This document shows, one piece after another, positions 39,962 through 47,804 of a stretch of 64,000 nucleotides of DNA. The position numbers and the translations under genes are program-made. The notes beneath the pieces were generated by a model. That model was not told the origin of the DNA. It was given only the letters and a program-made list of their open reading frames with translations, and searched no databases. The stretch comes from Methanobacteriota archaeon. GTDB taxonomy: Archaea > Thermoplasmatota > Thermoplasmata > SG8-5 > JAGLSY01. Numbering within the stretch: position 1 is the first letter of the stretch; each line of letters opens with the position of its first letter. The DNA lies in the NCBI GenBank assembly GCA_020696385.1, contig JAEHCQ010000002.1, positions 1 through 64,000 of the forward strand. The letters run 5' to 3'.

Positions 39962-40848
39962 TAATTAGCCTCCTTTGTTTCTTCAGCAGGCTTTGCTTTT
40001 GGTTCTTCGGAAGCAGGTGCCGGCTTGGCAGCCTCGGCCTTATCTTCGACCTTGGGTGCCGGCTTCTTCGCCTCTACTTCGTCCTTTCCTTTGGCATCGG
40101 CCTTCTTCTTTTCAGCCTTGGCAGCCTTCTTTTCAGCCCTCTTTCCTTTCTTCTCTGTCTTATCAGGCTTCTCTTCTGCTACTGGCTTCTCAATTGGAGT
40201 ATCTACTGGCTTTGGCTCTGATTCTGGTTCTGGTTCTGCCTGAACAAGAGCGCCAGGTTGGACAACACTGACCTCATCTGGCAATCGAGCATTTGGATGC
40301 ATGATCTGAACCTTCACACCAATAACGCCCGCCTTGAGCTTGGCTACTGAAAATCCTTCCTCCATCCATTTTATCTTTGGATCACCACAGAATTTGATGT
40401 GGCCTTCTTTGAATTTTTCCATTCTGTGCCTATTGCCTGTGAGCTTACCAGATATGATGATCTGACATCCTCTGGCTTTGGCACCCATAATCCTTCTTAC
40501 GGTGGAGTGACCAGCCCTTCTGAAGTGCCAGCCTCTTTCCAGAGCTGCTGCGAGCTTCTCGGCCATTATTTGAGCATTGAGGTTTGGATTCTTGACCTCG
40601 ATGACCTCGATCTGGGGTTTGGGGAAGTGGAATTTGAACTCCACTGCCTCGGTGAGCATCTTGATGGTGGATCCTCTCCTTCCAATGACCAGGCCTGGCC
40701 TCTCTGTCAATAATGTTACACGAGTTCCCATCGGGGTCCTCTGAATATCAATACCTCCAAATCCAGCCCTCTTGACCTCTTTCATGAAGTATTCCTTCAA
40801 CAGAACACGTCTGATGTTCTCCGTCACAAATTTTCTTTCTCCGGCCAA
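39961..40848 (-). CDS. rps3: 30S ribosomal protein uS3 with K/A/E/P-rich C-terminal tail
   Basis: TTG start; RTPMGTR, PGLVIGRRG, LERGWHFRRAGH, GVIGVKV. Confidence 0.97.
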   Translation of the reverse strand: MAGERKFVTENIRRVLLKEYFMKEVKRAGFGGIDIQRTPMGTRVTLLTERPGLVIGRRGSTIKMLTEAVEFKFHFPKPQIEVIEVKNPNLNAQIMAEKLAAALERGWHFRRAGHSTVRRIMGAKARGCQIIISGKLTGNRHRMEKFKEGHIKFCGDPKIKWMEEGFSVAKLKAGVIGVKVQIMHPNARLPDEVSVVQPGALVQAEPEPESEPKPVDTPIEKPVAEEKPDKTEKKGKRAEKKAAKAEKKKADAKGKDEVEAKKPAPKVEDKAEAAKPAPASEEPKAKPAEETKEAN

Positions 40849-40850
40849 GT

Positions 40851-41309
40851 TCAGTCCTCCATGATCTCTAATATTATCTCTACATTCGTGGTCTCTTCAT
40901 TGAAAGGTGTAGCCCTACCGTGAGCTCTCTGTATCCAGCCTGGAAGTATTCGGCCTTTGTAAGCTGCAGCTGTGGATATTCTCAGTTCATCCTTTTCCGG
41001 ATGCCCGAGCTCATCTCTGTGTTCCGCATTAGCGACTGCAGCCTCGATAACTTTCAATATGTGTTTGGAAGCCTTGACCGGAAATCTTCCGCCGGCTCCC
41101 TCTTTTCTGTGAGGCACGCATTTATTGTATCTCTTATATGGAATGGATCTCTTCAGAATGATAACGTCCTCGAGAAGCTCTATTGCGTCCTCGACCACCA
41201 TTCCTCGAATCTTTCTGCATATCTCATTCGATGCCCTTGGTGAAATCTTCAATTCCTTTCCGTAAGCCCTTGCCATTGTTTCCTTATCATAATGTCCGCT
41301 GTATCCCAT
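40851..41309 (-). CDS. rpl22: 50S ribosomal protein uL22
   Basis: ISP..S.EIC..IRG, GRFPVKA, NAE, RAHGRATP. Confidence 0.96.
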   Translation of the reverse strand: MGYSGHYDKETMARAYGKELKISPRASNEICRKIRGMVVEDAIELLEDVIILKRSIPYKRYNKCVPHRKEGAGGRFPVKASKHILKVIEAAVANAEHRDELGHPEKDELRISTAAAYKGRILPGWIQRAHGRATPFNEETTNVEIILEIMED

Positions 41310-41318
41310 TTTCTCACC

Positions 41319-41783
41319 TCACTTCAATGGCATGAACTTGGATGATTTGGTAGCACCCACACCTGGTCCTGAATGTTTGACAGAGTTTCTTGTCAACGAA
41401 TATTCACCGAGATAATGGCCGATCATCTCTGGCTTTATCTCAACTTCTTTGTATTCCTTTCCATTGTAAATAGCGATATTCTTACCTACGAAAGAAGGCA
41501 GTATGACGATGGCCCTTCTGTGTGTCCTTACAGGTTTGTCAGAACTCATCAATCTGTCTATGAAGGCCTGTTCTTCTGTGTTCAGGCCACGGCTATATGA
41601 ACGTCTGGCTCTAGCAGGTAAAAGAGGCAAGACCTCTTCTAAGCTCATTTTCTGGAGCTCTTCAAGGGTGAATCCACGGAATGTGAACTCTTTCTTACGC
41701 CTTGCTGCTATTGCTCCCTTCTTCTTCCTCGCCTTTCTCCTTGCTGCTTTGGGCGTGCTTCCACGGACTACTTTCCTAGCCAT
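41319..41783 (-). CDS. rps19: 30S ribosomal protein uS19
   Basis: FTFRG..LEEL, RTH.R, MIGHYLGE, GVGAT.SS.F.PLK. Confidence 0.97.
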   Translation of the reverse strand: MARKVVRGSTPKAARRKARKKKGAIAARRKKEFTFRGFTLEELQKMSLEEVLPLLPARARRSYSRGLNTEEQAFIDRLMSSDKPVRTHRRAIVILPSFVGKNIAIYNGKEYKEVEIKPEMIGHYLGEYSLTRNSVKHSGPGVGATKSSKFMPLK

Positions 41784-41785
41784 AT

Positions 41786-42496
41786 CTACTTCCTCCTGCT
41801 CTTGCTTTTCTTCTTAGGTGCAATATTTCCAACTTTTCTTCCAGGTGGAGCATGCCTTGATACCGAACTTTGTGTACCAACATGAGGGTGATTTCCTCCA
41901 CCATGAGGGTGGTTTACCGGGTTCATTGCAAGTCCCTTCACCTTGAAGCTTCTCCTGGCTTTGCTTCTAAGACAATTGTATTTCTTTCCAGCCTTGGCGA
42001 ATGGTTTCTCATTACGACCAGAGCCAGCCACTATGCCGACTGTCGCCCTGCATCTTAAATTGAAGGGTTTGAAAGCACCGGATGGCATCTGGATCATGAC
42101 ATCCTTTCCTCTGCTTGTGACAGTTCCAGATGTTCCGGCGGCCTTTATGAACTTGCCACCGTCTCCTGGGATTGCCTCGATATTGTGAACCATCGTACCT
42201 TCAGGTATCTCACCCAATGGAAGGATATTTCCGAGCTCAATAGGTGATCCGGATCCTGCATTGACCTTCTGATTCACCCTCAAGCCCTCGGGAGCGACTA
42301 TCAATACCTGCTGGCCAGATTCATATCTGACCTTGGCCATTGGTGAGCTTCTTCCTGGTGCGTGGAACAGATCGATGACCTCTCCCTCACCCTTGAGCCC
42401 ACGTGGGTATAATGGTTGTCCTTTATGCCTGTGGCTTGGTGATCTGTAAGTGCTGCTTCCTTTTCCTCTCCTCTGCGGAATAATACGTTTTCCCAT
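41786..42496 (-). CDS. rpl2: 50S ribosomal protein uL2
   Basis: MGKRI..QRRG.G, PGDGGK, AMNPVNHPHGGG, PPGRKVG. Confidence 0.97.
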   Translation of the reverse strand: MGKRIIPQRRGKGSSTYRSPSHRHKGQPLYPRGLKGEGEVIDLFHAPGRSSPMAKVRYESGQQVLIVAPEGLRVNQKVNAGSGSPIELGNILPLGEIPEGTMVHNIEAIPGDGGKFIKAAGTSGTVTSRGKDVMIQMPSGAFKPFNLRCRATVGIVAGSGRNEKPFAKAGKKYNCLRSKARRSFKVKGLAMNPVNHPHGGGNHPHVGTQSSVSRHAPPGRKVGNIAPKKKSKSRRK

Positions 42497-42507
42497 TTTC
42501 ACACCCC

Positions 42508-42789
42508 TTAGAATATTCCGATCCTCATTGCAAGGTCCTCAGCTGAATGGTCTTTGGTCAGCTTTATAATCGCGTGCTTACCATCCTTCAAGATCCTTGT
42601 GTTTATTTTCTCTACCTTCACTTCGAACAGCTCTTCAAATTCCTTCTTGATCTCAGGTTTTGAAGCTGTTCTGAGAACTATGAACTCTATCCTGTTTCCA
42701 TCCGTGTGATTCTGGATCGGTGTACCCAATAGGGCGTTCATCGTCTTTTCACTCACATACGGATGCAGAAGTATATCTCCTTTCTTCAT
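42508..42789 (-). CDS. rpl23: 50S ribosomal protein uL23
   Basis: P.VSEK, K.EIK...E.LF.VKV, K.AIIKL, IGIF. Confidence 0.93.
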   Translation of the reverse strand: MKKGDILLHPYVSEKTMNALLGTPIQNHTDGNRIEFIVLRTASKPEIKKEFEELFEVKVEKINTRILKDGKHAIIKLTKDHSAEDLAMRIGIF

Positions 42790-42793
42790 CAGT

Positions 42794-43774
42794 TCACTCT
42801 CCCAATGCCTTTAAAGCGCTTTCTGTGAAGATTGCCAGTCTACCTGGATCTCCACCGGGAGCTAACAGCTCCACACTCAACTGTGCTGGCGTGGCTACAT
42901 CCACTCCAGGGATGTTCCTCACGCACTTTGCAACATTATCTTTCTCAGAGACTACGAACAGAATGCTCTTTGGCCTCTTGTAGCGTCTGCCTCTCATCTT
43001 ACCTTTTCCAGGCCTGACGTGCTTGCCGTCTACCGAGCGCTGGATCTCATTTTCTAATCCAAGGTCACTGAGGATCTTTATTGTTTCTTTTGTGAATTTC
43101 TGATCCTCCTTATTCGGATTGTCCTTTATTATCTCATCTGAAAGGGATTCGAATCTGTCCTCGATAACAAGCGGGAGGGTCATATCATCTGTGATCTGGT
43201 GTCCCCTTGCCCTTACAAGTTCAGGGTTTGTCAATGAAGCTAATGCAGATCTCATAGCCAACCTCTTTTCCTTCTTGTTGATCTTCTGTGACCAATCCTT
43301 CTCTGGTTTTGGAGGATGTGCTCTTCGACCACCAACATTTGGTGGTGATTCGACTGCCGTTCTTCCCTGGGTCATTCTCTGAACCCTGGCTGTTCCACGG
43401 CCCTTGCCCCATTGAGAAGCAGCATGTCTCATACCTGCCATTTGACCTGGTCCATATGGTTGCCTTCTGTTCCCCTGTGCGGACTTCACTGCCCTTCTTA
43501 TGAGGTCAGGTCTAAAATCTCCCTGGAATATATCTGGTAGATCGGTCTGGCGAAGTACACTTCCGCCCAGTGAATAAACATTGATACTGGGGCCGGATGA
43601 CTTCTTGGCCTTGGTGGATGCCTGCTTTTTAGTTACCTTCTTTTTTGGTGCGGCCTTGGTCACTGGTTTGGCAGTTGCCTTAGCTGCTGTCTTTGGTGCA
43701 GCCTTGGTAGCTGGTTTAGCTGCTGCCGCCTTTGGCGCTGCCTTGGTCTTGGTTGTCTTGGTTTCTTCAGCCAT
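42794..43774 (-). CDS. rpl4: 50S ribosomal protein uL4 with ~60-aa K/A/T-rich N-terminal tail
   Basis: RPDLI.RAV, GGRRAHPP, GKGKMRGRRY, LAPGG.PGRL. Confidence 0.97.
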   Translation of the reverse strand: MAEETKTTKTKAAPKAAAAKPATKAAPKTAAKATAKPVTKAAPKKKVTKKQASTKAKKSSGPSINVYSLGGSVLRQTDLPDIFQGDFRPDLIRRAVKSAQGNRRQPYGPGQMAGMRHAASQWGKGRGTARVQRMTQGRTAVESPPNVGGRRAHPPKPEKDWSQKINKKEKRLAMRSALASLTNPELVRARGHQITDDMTLPLVIEDRFESLSDEIIKDNPNKEDQKFTKETIKILSDLGLENEIQRSVDGKHVRPGKGKMRGRRYKRPKSILFVVSEKDNVAKCVRNIPGVDVATPAQLSVELLAPGGDPGRLAIFTESALKALGE

Positions 43775-43779
43775 CTATC

Positions 43780-44775
43780 TCAGCCTCCCTGTTTTGATTC
43801 TGTTGAAATGTAGGTCAACTCTGGTGACTCCACCCTTGCCGCCCACTGAGATCTCGTGGGATCTCTGAATCTTATCAATCTCTTTATTGGACCTGGAACA
43901 GATCCATGAAGAATAACATATGAATTATTAACAATACCATAGTGAAGGAATCCGCCATTCGGGGTTATCTCGTTCCCATCGGATCCTACCTTCAATACTC
44001 TCTTGTTATATTCGGTCCTTTGGTGATATCCCATCTGACCTGCCTGAGGCACGGTCGGTCTGACATATCCTGGACTCTTTGGACCCAGCGTACCGATCAT
44101 TCTTCGGTGCTTGCTGTTCTTGTGATCCAGGAGCTTCACGCCCCATCTCTTTGTGTGACCCTGGAAACCATATCCAGTGGTGACAGCTGCAACATCGATC
44201 ATGTCACCGCCCTTTGTCCAGTCTTCGATAGTGATCTCTGTACCCAAAATTGACTTCGCATACTCCACCCTCTCGGAGATGGTTCCACCGCCGATCCTGG
44301 TTTCCATGAGCTCTGGAGTTTTCTTTGGAATTCCTGAAACGAGTTTCGGCATGGTCTGGACAAGTATCCGCACATCCTCCAGCTCGACCTCATTGATCTC
44401 CAGATTAGTTCCCTTTCCCTTACCGGGAACAGGTACTCTTCTGCTCAATTCCTTATCCAGTTTTTTGGCCCATATCTGACCAATGGTCTTCATGCCATAG
44501 GCATCCCTGCGGTAGAATTTGATCGCCACCACTTTCATTGGTGGTGTCTCTATAACCGTTATAGGGACCTGGACCTCTTGTCCAGATGTTGTGCTCTTTG
44601 GCCTGTAATCTACAACAAAAGCATGGCTCATTCCGGCCTTGTATCCTGCAAATCCCTGTATTCTGGGACCTTCTTTGCATTCAGGCCATGAGCTGAACTT
44701 GGGTGTTTCGTTCCTGGCTCTCTTCCTTGGAGAGTAGCCTTTAGAACCCTTCTTAGGTCTATGTGGATGTGACAT
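43780..44775 (-). CDS. rpl3: 50S ribosomal protein uL3
   Basis: PRKRA, FAGYKAGM, GFQG..KRWG, AGQMGYHQRTE.NKR, GSVPGP; ATG 44775 after GGAGG. Confidence 0.97.
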   Translation of the reverse strand: MSHPHRPKKGSKGYSPRKRARNETPKFSSWPECKEGPRIQGFAGYKAGMSHAFVVDYRPKSTTSGQEVQVPITVIETPPMKVVAIKFYRRDAYGMKTIGQIWAKKLDKELSRRVPVPGKGKGTNLEINEVELEDVRILVQTMPKLVSGIPKKTPELMETRIGGGTISERVEYAKSILGTEITIEDWTKGGDMIDVAAVTTGYGFQGHTKRWGVKLLDHKNSKHRRMIGTLGPKSPGYVRPTVPQAGQMGYHQRTEYNKRVLKVGSDGNEITPNGGFLHYGIVNNSYVILHGSVPGPIKRLIRFRDPTRSQWAARVESPELTYISTESKQGG

Positions 44776-44795
44776 ATTTAATTCCTCCATTTCTT

Positions 44796-45030
44796 TACGG
44801 AATTTTGCTTATACGAATCTGATTCGCATAACCAATTTTCCTCCTAAATCAATAGGAGATTGGAGCATCACCTTTCGACCGTGACGATTCAATCATCCTC
44901 CAAAAACCCATCGTTTGGGGATGCGCTGGGTATGTTTCCATTAACCCATATCGTGTGGTCGAGTAAGCGGTATTTGCCAGGGCCGCAAGGCCATGATCAA
45001 CACGCTGCTCTATTCTATGGTACTTTCTGG
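44796..45030 (-). promoter_or_regulatory. Long structured 5' leader of the rpl3 operon (candidate r-leader)
   Basis: Minus-strand TATA TTTAAATA near 45045-45052; nested stems gagca/tgctc, tcgacc/ggtcga, acgat/atcgt, catcc/ggatg, tgggt/accca, ctccta/taggag, ttatacgaat/attcgcataa. Confidence 0.55.
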
Positions 45031-45180
45031 GCATACGACTTTTATATTTAAAGGTATGGGTCAATTCATAGTAATTAATTAGAATATAGATTATGATTTA
45101 TCTATTATACTATATATATGGGGGAAACGGCATCAAAAATAAAAAAGTATTTATGCCCGAAGAACAAGCGGGGTTTCCCT

Positions 45181-45579
45181 ATGGAAGAGTTCAAGAAAAT
45201 ATTGTTCATTTGTGTTGGTAATTCGTGCAGGAGCCAGATGGCTGAAGGCTTTGCACATCATTATGGCAAAGGGAAAGTGATCGCAAGCAGTGCGGGGACA
45301 CAACCGGCCAACTCGGTCAATCTACAAGCGGTGGAGGTCATGAAAGAGCGTGGGATCGACATATCCAGTCACAAGCCAGACCTACTAACCATCGACCTGT
45401 TGGAAGAGGCCGATATCATTATCTCGATGGGGTGCGGGGTGAAGGAATCATGCCCGGTTACACTCACGGACTGTGATGACTGGGGATTGGAAGATCCGTA
45501 TGGCCAGTCTGATGAAAAATATAGAGAGATCCGGGATCTGATCGAAGAATTAGTGAAAGAGCTTATCCGAAATATATAA
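45181..45579 (+). CDS. arsC: Arsenate reductase / low-molecular-weight PTPase family
   Basis: ILFICVGNSCRSQMAEG, SAGT.P, GCG...CP, W.LEDP. Confidence 0.9.
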   Translation: MEEFKKILFICVGNSCRSQMAEGFAHHYGKGKVIASSAGTQPANSVNLQAVEVMKERGIDISSHKPDLLTIDLLEEADIIISMGCGVKESCPVTLTDCDDWGLEDPYGQSDEKYREIRDLIEELVKELIRNI

Positions 45580-45610
45580 TTCAGCTATCAGGGCATTTTT
45601 CCAACAGAGC

Positions 45611-45895
45611 ATTTGCCATCGAGGGTGGGTATGTTCATTAAGATTCGAGGTGGGGGCGGAGCCAGGTGGGCACGGGTGTGATGAATATGCGAACATGCCC
45701 CGGGGCGAGTGACGCAGACCCGGGGTACTATATTCGATGAAGATTCGAGTGACAGTCGCGATGTGCCAGTAGGAAGATAAAACACTCGCAAACTAAAGCG
45801 AGTGGGCAAACCAATCCCCGCCCCGATCAAAGCAGGGGCGGGGTCCTTATCCACCCCCAGCATAACAAATCCCTTCGACACACCACCACACCCAG
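45611..45895. ncRNA. Unidentified ~290-nt highly structured RNA candidate
   Basis: GC-rich island with at least 7 stems including perfect 9-bp ccccgcccc/ggggcgggg, 7-bp ccccggg/cccgggg and cactcgc/gcgagtg, and long-range tgggggcgga/tccaccccca. Confidence 0.6.
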
Positions 45896-45963
45896 AACAA
45901 TTGGGTAATAATGAGCAAATCTTAAGTAATCAATGGGATTACCGCCTAAATACAACAACTCAT

Positions 45964-46036
45964 GCTCTCGTAGTGTAGTGGCCAATCATGAAGCCCTCTC
46001 GAGGCTTCGACGCGGATTCAAATTCCGCCGAGAGCA
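45964..46036 (+). tRNA. tRNA-Glu(CTC)
   Basis: GCTCTCG/CGAGAGC acceptor; AAGCC-CTCTCGA-GGCTT anticodon arm; GCGGA-TTCAAAT-TCCGC T arm; CCA not encoded. Confidence 0.97.
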
Positions 46037-46056
46037 TCTTTATTTATTTTATAGAT

Positions 46057-46139
46057 CGGGATTTGAATCTTGATTCACGAGCAACACCAGTTGCGAGCGA
46101 GACCGAGCGAGCTCGGTTGATGAATTCCGCCGAGAGCAT
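46057..46139 (+). repeat. tRNA-Glu 3'-end duplication with inverted T-arm copy and hairpins
   Basis: AATTCCGCCGAGAGCAT at 46021-46037 and 46123-46139; CGGGATTTGAATC (46057-46069) is a 12/13 reverse complement of the T arm; hairpins gcaac/gttgc and accgagc/gctcggt. Confidence 0.85.
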
Positions 46140-46199
46140 TTATTTTTTATTTTATCCCTCGGCAATAAGTTTTAGTAATGGCTCCATCTCCCATCTCTC

Positions 46200-47156
46200 A
46201 TGGACACCACCATGCTTTGTGTGCTGAACTCGGAAGAACTGGCCTCCAAATTGGGCAAGAAAGGATCAGAGACAGATATGACCCTCTACAATCTCAAGAA
46301 AGAGGATAAATCCCTGACAGTGGCCAGTCCGACAAAATATCCCGAAAAATTGCCACCGCTTCTTTATTCGCTATATCTTGGAGAGGAAGTTTTCATGGTC
46401 ATCGACAAGCTGGATAGGACCATCGGGGAGATGATGGTCGCATGCCAGGTGATGGGAAAAGAGAAAGGCATGATTATTCTTGACAATTATATCACGCCAG
46501 ATCAGATCAAGCCACTAATCAAAGATACTGTTCTCGAGAACTGGGAGATGGTGGAAGGCATGCCGGACCCGAATATCATGCGTGAGGAATTGATGGAAAG
46601 GGAGCCAGTTGTTCGTGAAGGTCCGACAAGAGTGAGTGTGGACCAGTCCTTCCCGGTAAAAGGACTGGGTACCGTGAGTCTAGGATTGGTCGATCAAGGC
46701 ATTGTGAAGAAACATCAGAATCTCATGGTGCTGCCAGGTGGCAAAAAGTCGATAGTTCGCTCCATTCAGGTTCATGATAATGATGTCAATGACGCGGGTT
46801 CTGGATCCCGTGTGGGACTGGTTCTGAAAAATGTTGAGCCAGATGATGTCAGGCGAGGGTCAGTTCTGGCTGAAGAAGGAGTTTTGAAAGTGGCTGATTC
46901 CTTGAAGCTGAAAGTGAAGGTAAGCCCCTTTTGGCGCAATGTGCTGAAGGACGGGATGGCCATCCACATGTCATCCGGGATGCAATTCAACGCCTGCACG
47001 ATATCCATGAGCGGGGAGCTGAAAGCTGGAGAAGAGGGTGAGGTTACGGTGAAGCTAGACAATCCCTTTGTCTATGACACTTCGGACAAGATGGCATTGA
47101 GCTGGTTGGAATCCACTGGCCCCAGGGTGATCGGCAGCTGTACAGTTATTGAGTAG
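46200..47156 (+). CDS. SelB/EF-Tu-like translation-factor homolog with degenerate G domain
   Basis: LGKKGS.TD.TLYN N-terminus, VDQSF.VKGLGTV.LG, VRSIQVHD, G.RVGL.LK, RG.VL; no GxxxxGK[ST]. Confidence 0.85.
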   Translation: MDTTMLCVLNSEELASKLGKKGSETDMTLYNLKKEDKSLTVASPTKYPEKLPPLLYSLYLGEEVFMVIDKLDRTIGEMMVACQVMGKEKGMIILDNYITPDQIKPLIKDTVLENWEMVEGMPDPNIMREELMEREPVVREGPTRVSVDQSFPVKGLGTVSLGLVDQGIVKKHQNLMVLPGGKKSIVRSIQVHDNDVNDAGSGSRVGLVLKNVEPDDVRRGSVLAEEGVLKVADSLKLKVKVSPFWRNVLKDGMAIHMSSGMQFNACTISMSGELKAGEEGEVTVKLDNPFVYDTSDKMALSWLESTGPRVIGSCTVIE

Positions 47157-47219
47157 AAACTTTTGACTGGCTGGGCAAGTTTTATAAATCGCCAATGTAT
47201 ATTCAGCATTGGTGAGAAG

Positions 47220-47804
47220 ATGTCAGATAATATTTCAGATAAATTGAGCTTCCACTCCATCGAGGAGCCAGATATCGATATAATTCACAAATATCAGAAT
47301 GGTAGCCAGTGCGGTTGGATACTGGGTAGTTTCCTTGATCAGGACGAGCCCTGGATGCCGATGACGCGCCAGCTGTTGAAAGAGAAGCTGGCGGAAATGC
47401 AGAAGGAAAAGAGTGGCGGAGTATTTGCGATCAGGACACCACAGGAGGAGTTCATCGGGGTGGCATCTTTTAATACTGGCTGGGACCCAGTATGTCCCAA
47501 TTTCGCTGTCATCATCTGGCCAGAGTTCCGCAGACAAGGCCACGGAAGTCAGGTAGCTGCCACCATGCTGGACCGCATATTCAATCAATATCACGGTCAC
47601 ATGACAGATACTTGGATTAATGATTGGAATGAAGGGAGCCAGGCCTTTGTCCTGTCACTTGGATTCAAGCCTGCGGGAGTGTTCAGGCGGGCCTATGTTC
47701 GAGATGGAAAATACTCTAATATTCTGATATTTGACATTCTCAAGCAAGAATATCAAACCCATGGCCAAAAAGAGAGCCAGGGGGTGAGACAGTGGACACC
47801 TTGA
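47220..47804 (+). CDS. GNAT (RimJ/RimL-like) N-acetyltransferase
   Basis: PEFRRQGHGS acetyl-CoA motif, N..S......LGF..G..R, DG.Y...FDIL..EY; GGTGA RBS. Confidence 0.85.
   Translation: MSDNISDKLSFHSIEEPDIDIIHKYQNGSQCGWILGSFLDQDEPWMPMTRQLLKEKLAEMQKEKSGGVFAIRTPQEEFIGVASFNTGWDPVCPNFAVIIWPEFRRQGHGSQVAATMLDRIFNQYHGHMTDTWINDWNEGSQAFVLSLGFKPAGVFRRAYVRDGKYSNILIFDILKQEYQTHGQKESQGVRQWTP

Noticed and set aside
45588-45881. 97-aa minus-strand ORF
   Set aside because: No RBS or recognisable motif; composition reflects the GC-rich stems, so it is better explained as structured RNA
45611-45895. RNase P RNA, SRP RNA or C/D box sRNA identity for the structured region
   Set aside because: Universal RNase P and SRP helix-8 motifs were not found on either strand; the C-box-like GTGATGA has no properly spaced CTGA D boxes
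45988-46227. 79-aa ORF with repeated NSAESI
   Set aside because: Overlaps tRNA-Glu; the peptide repeat is just the duplicated tRNA 3' end
46200-47156. True selenocysteine elongation factor SelB
   Set aside because: Too short, no intact P-loop or domain IV, and no tRNA-Sec or in-frame UGA genes seen in the window
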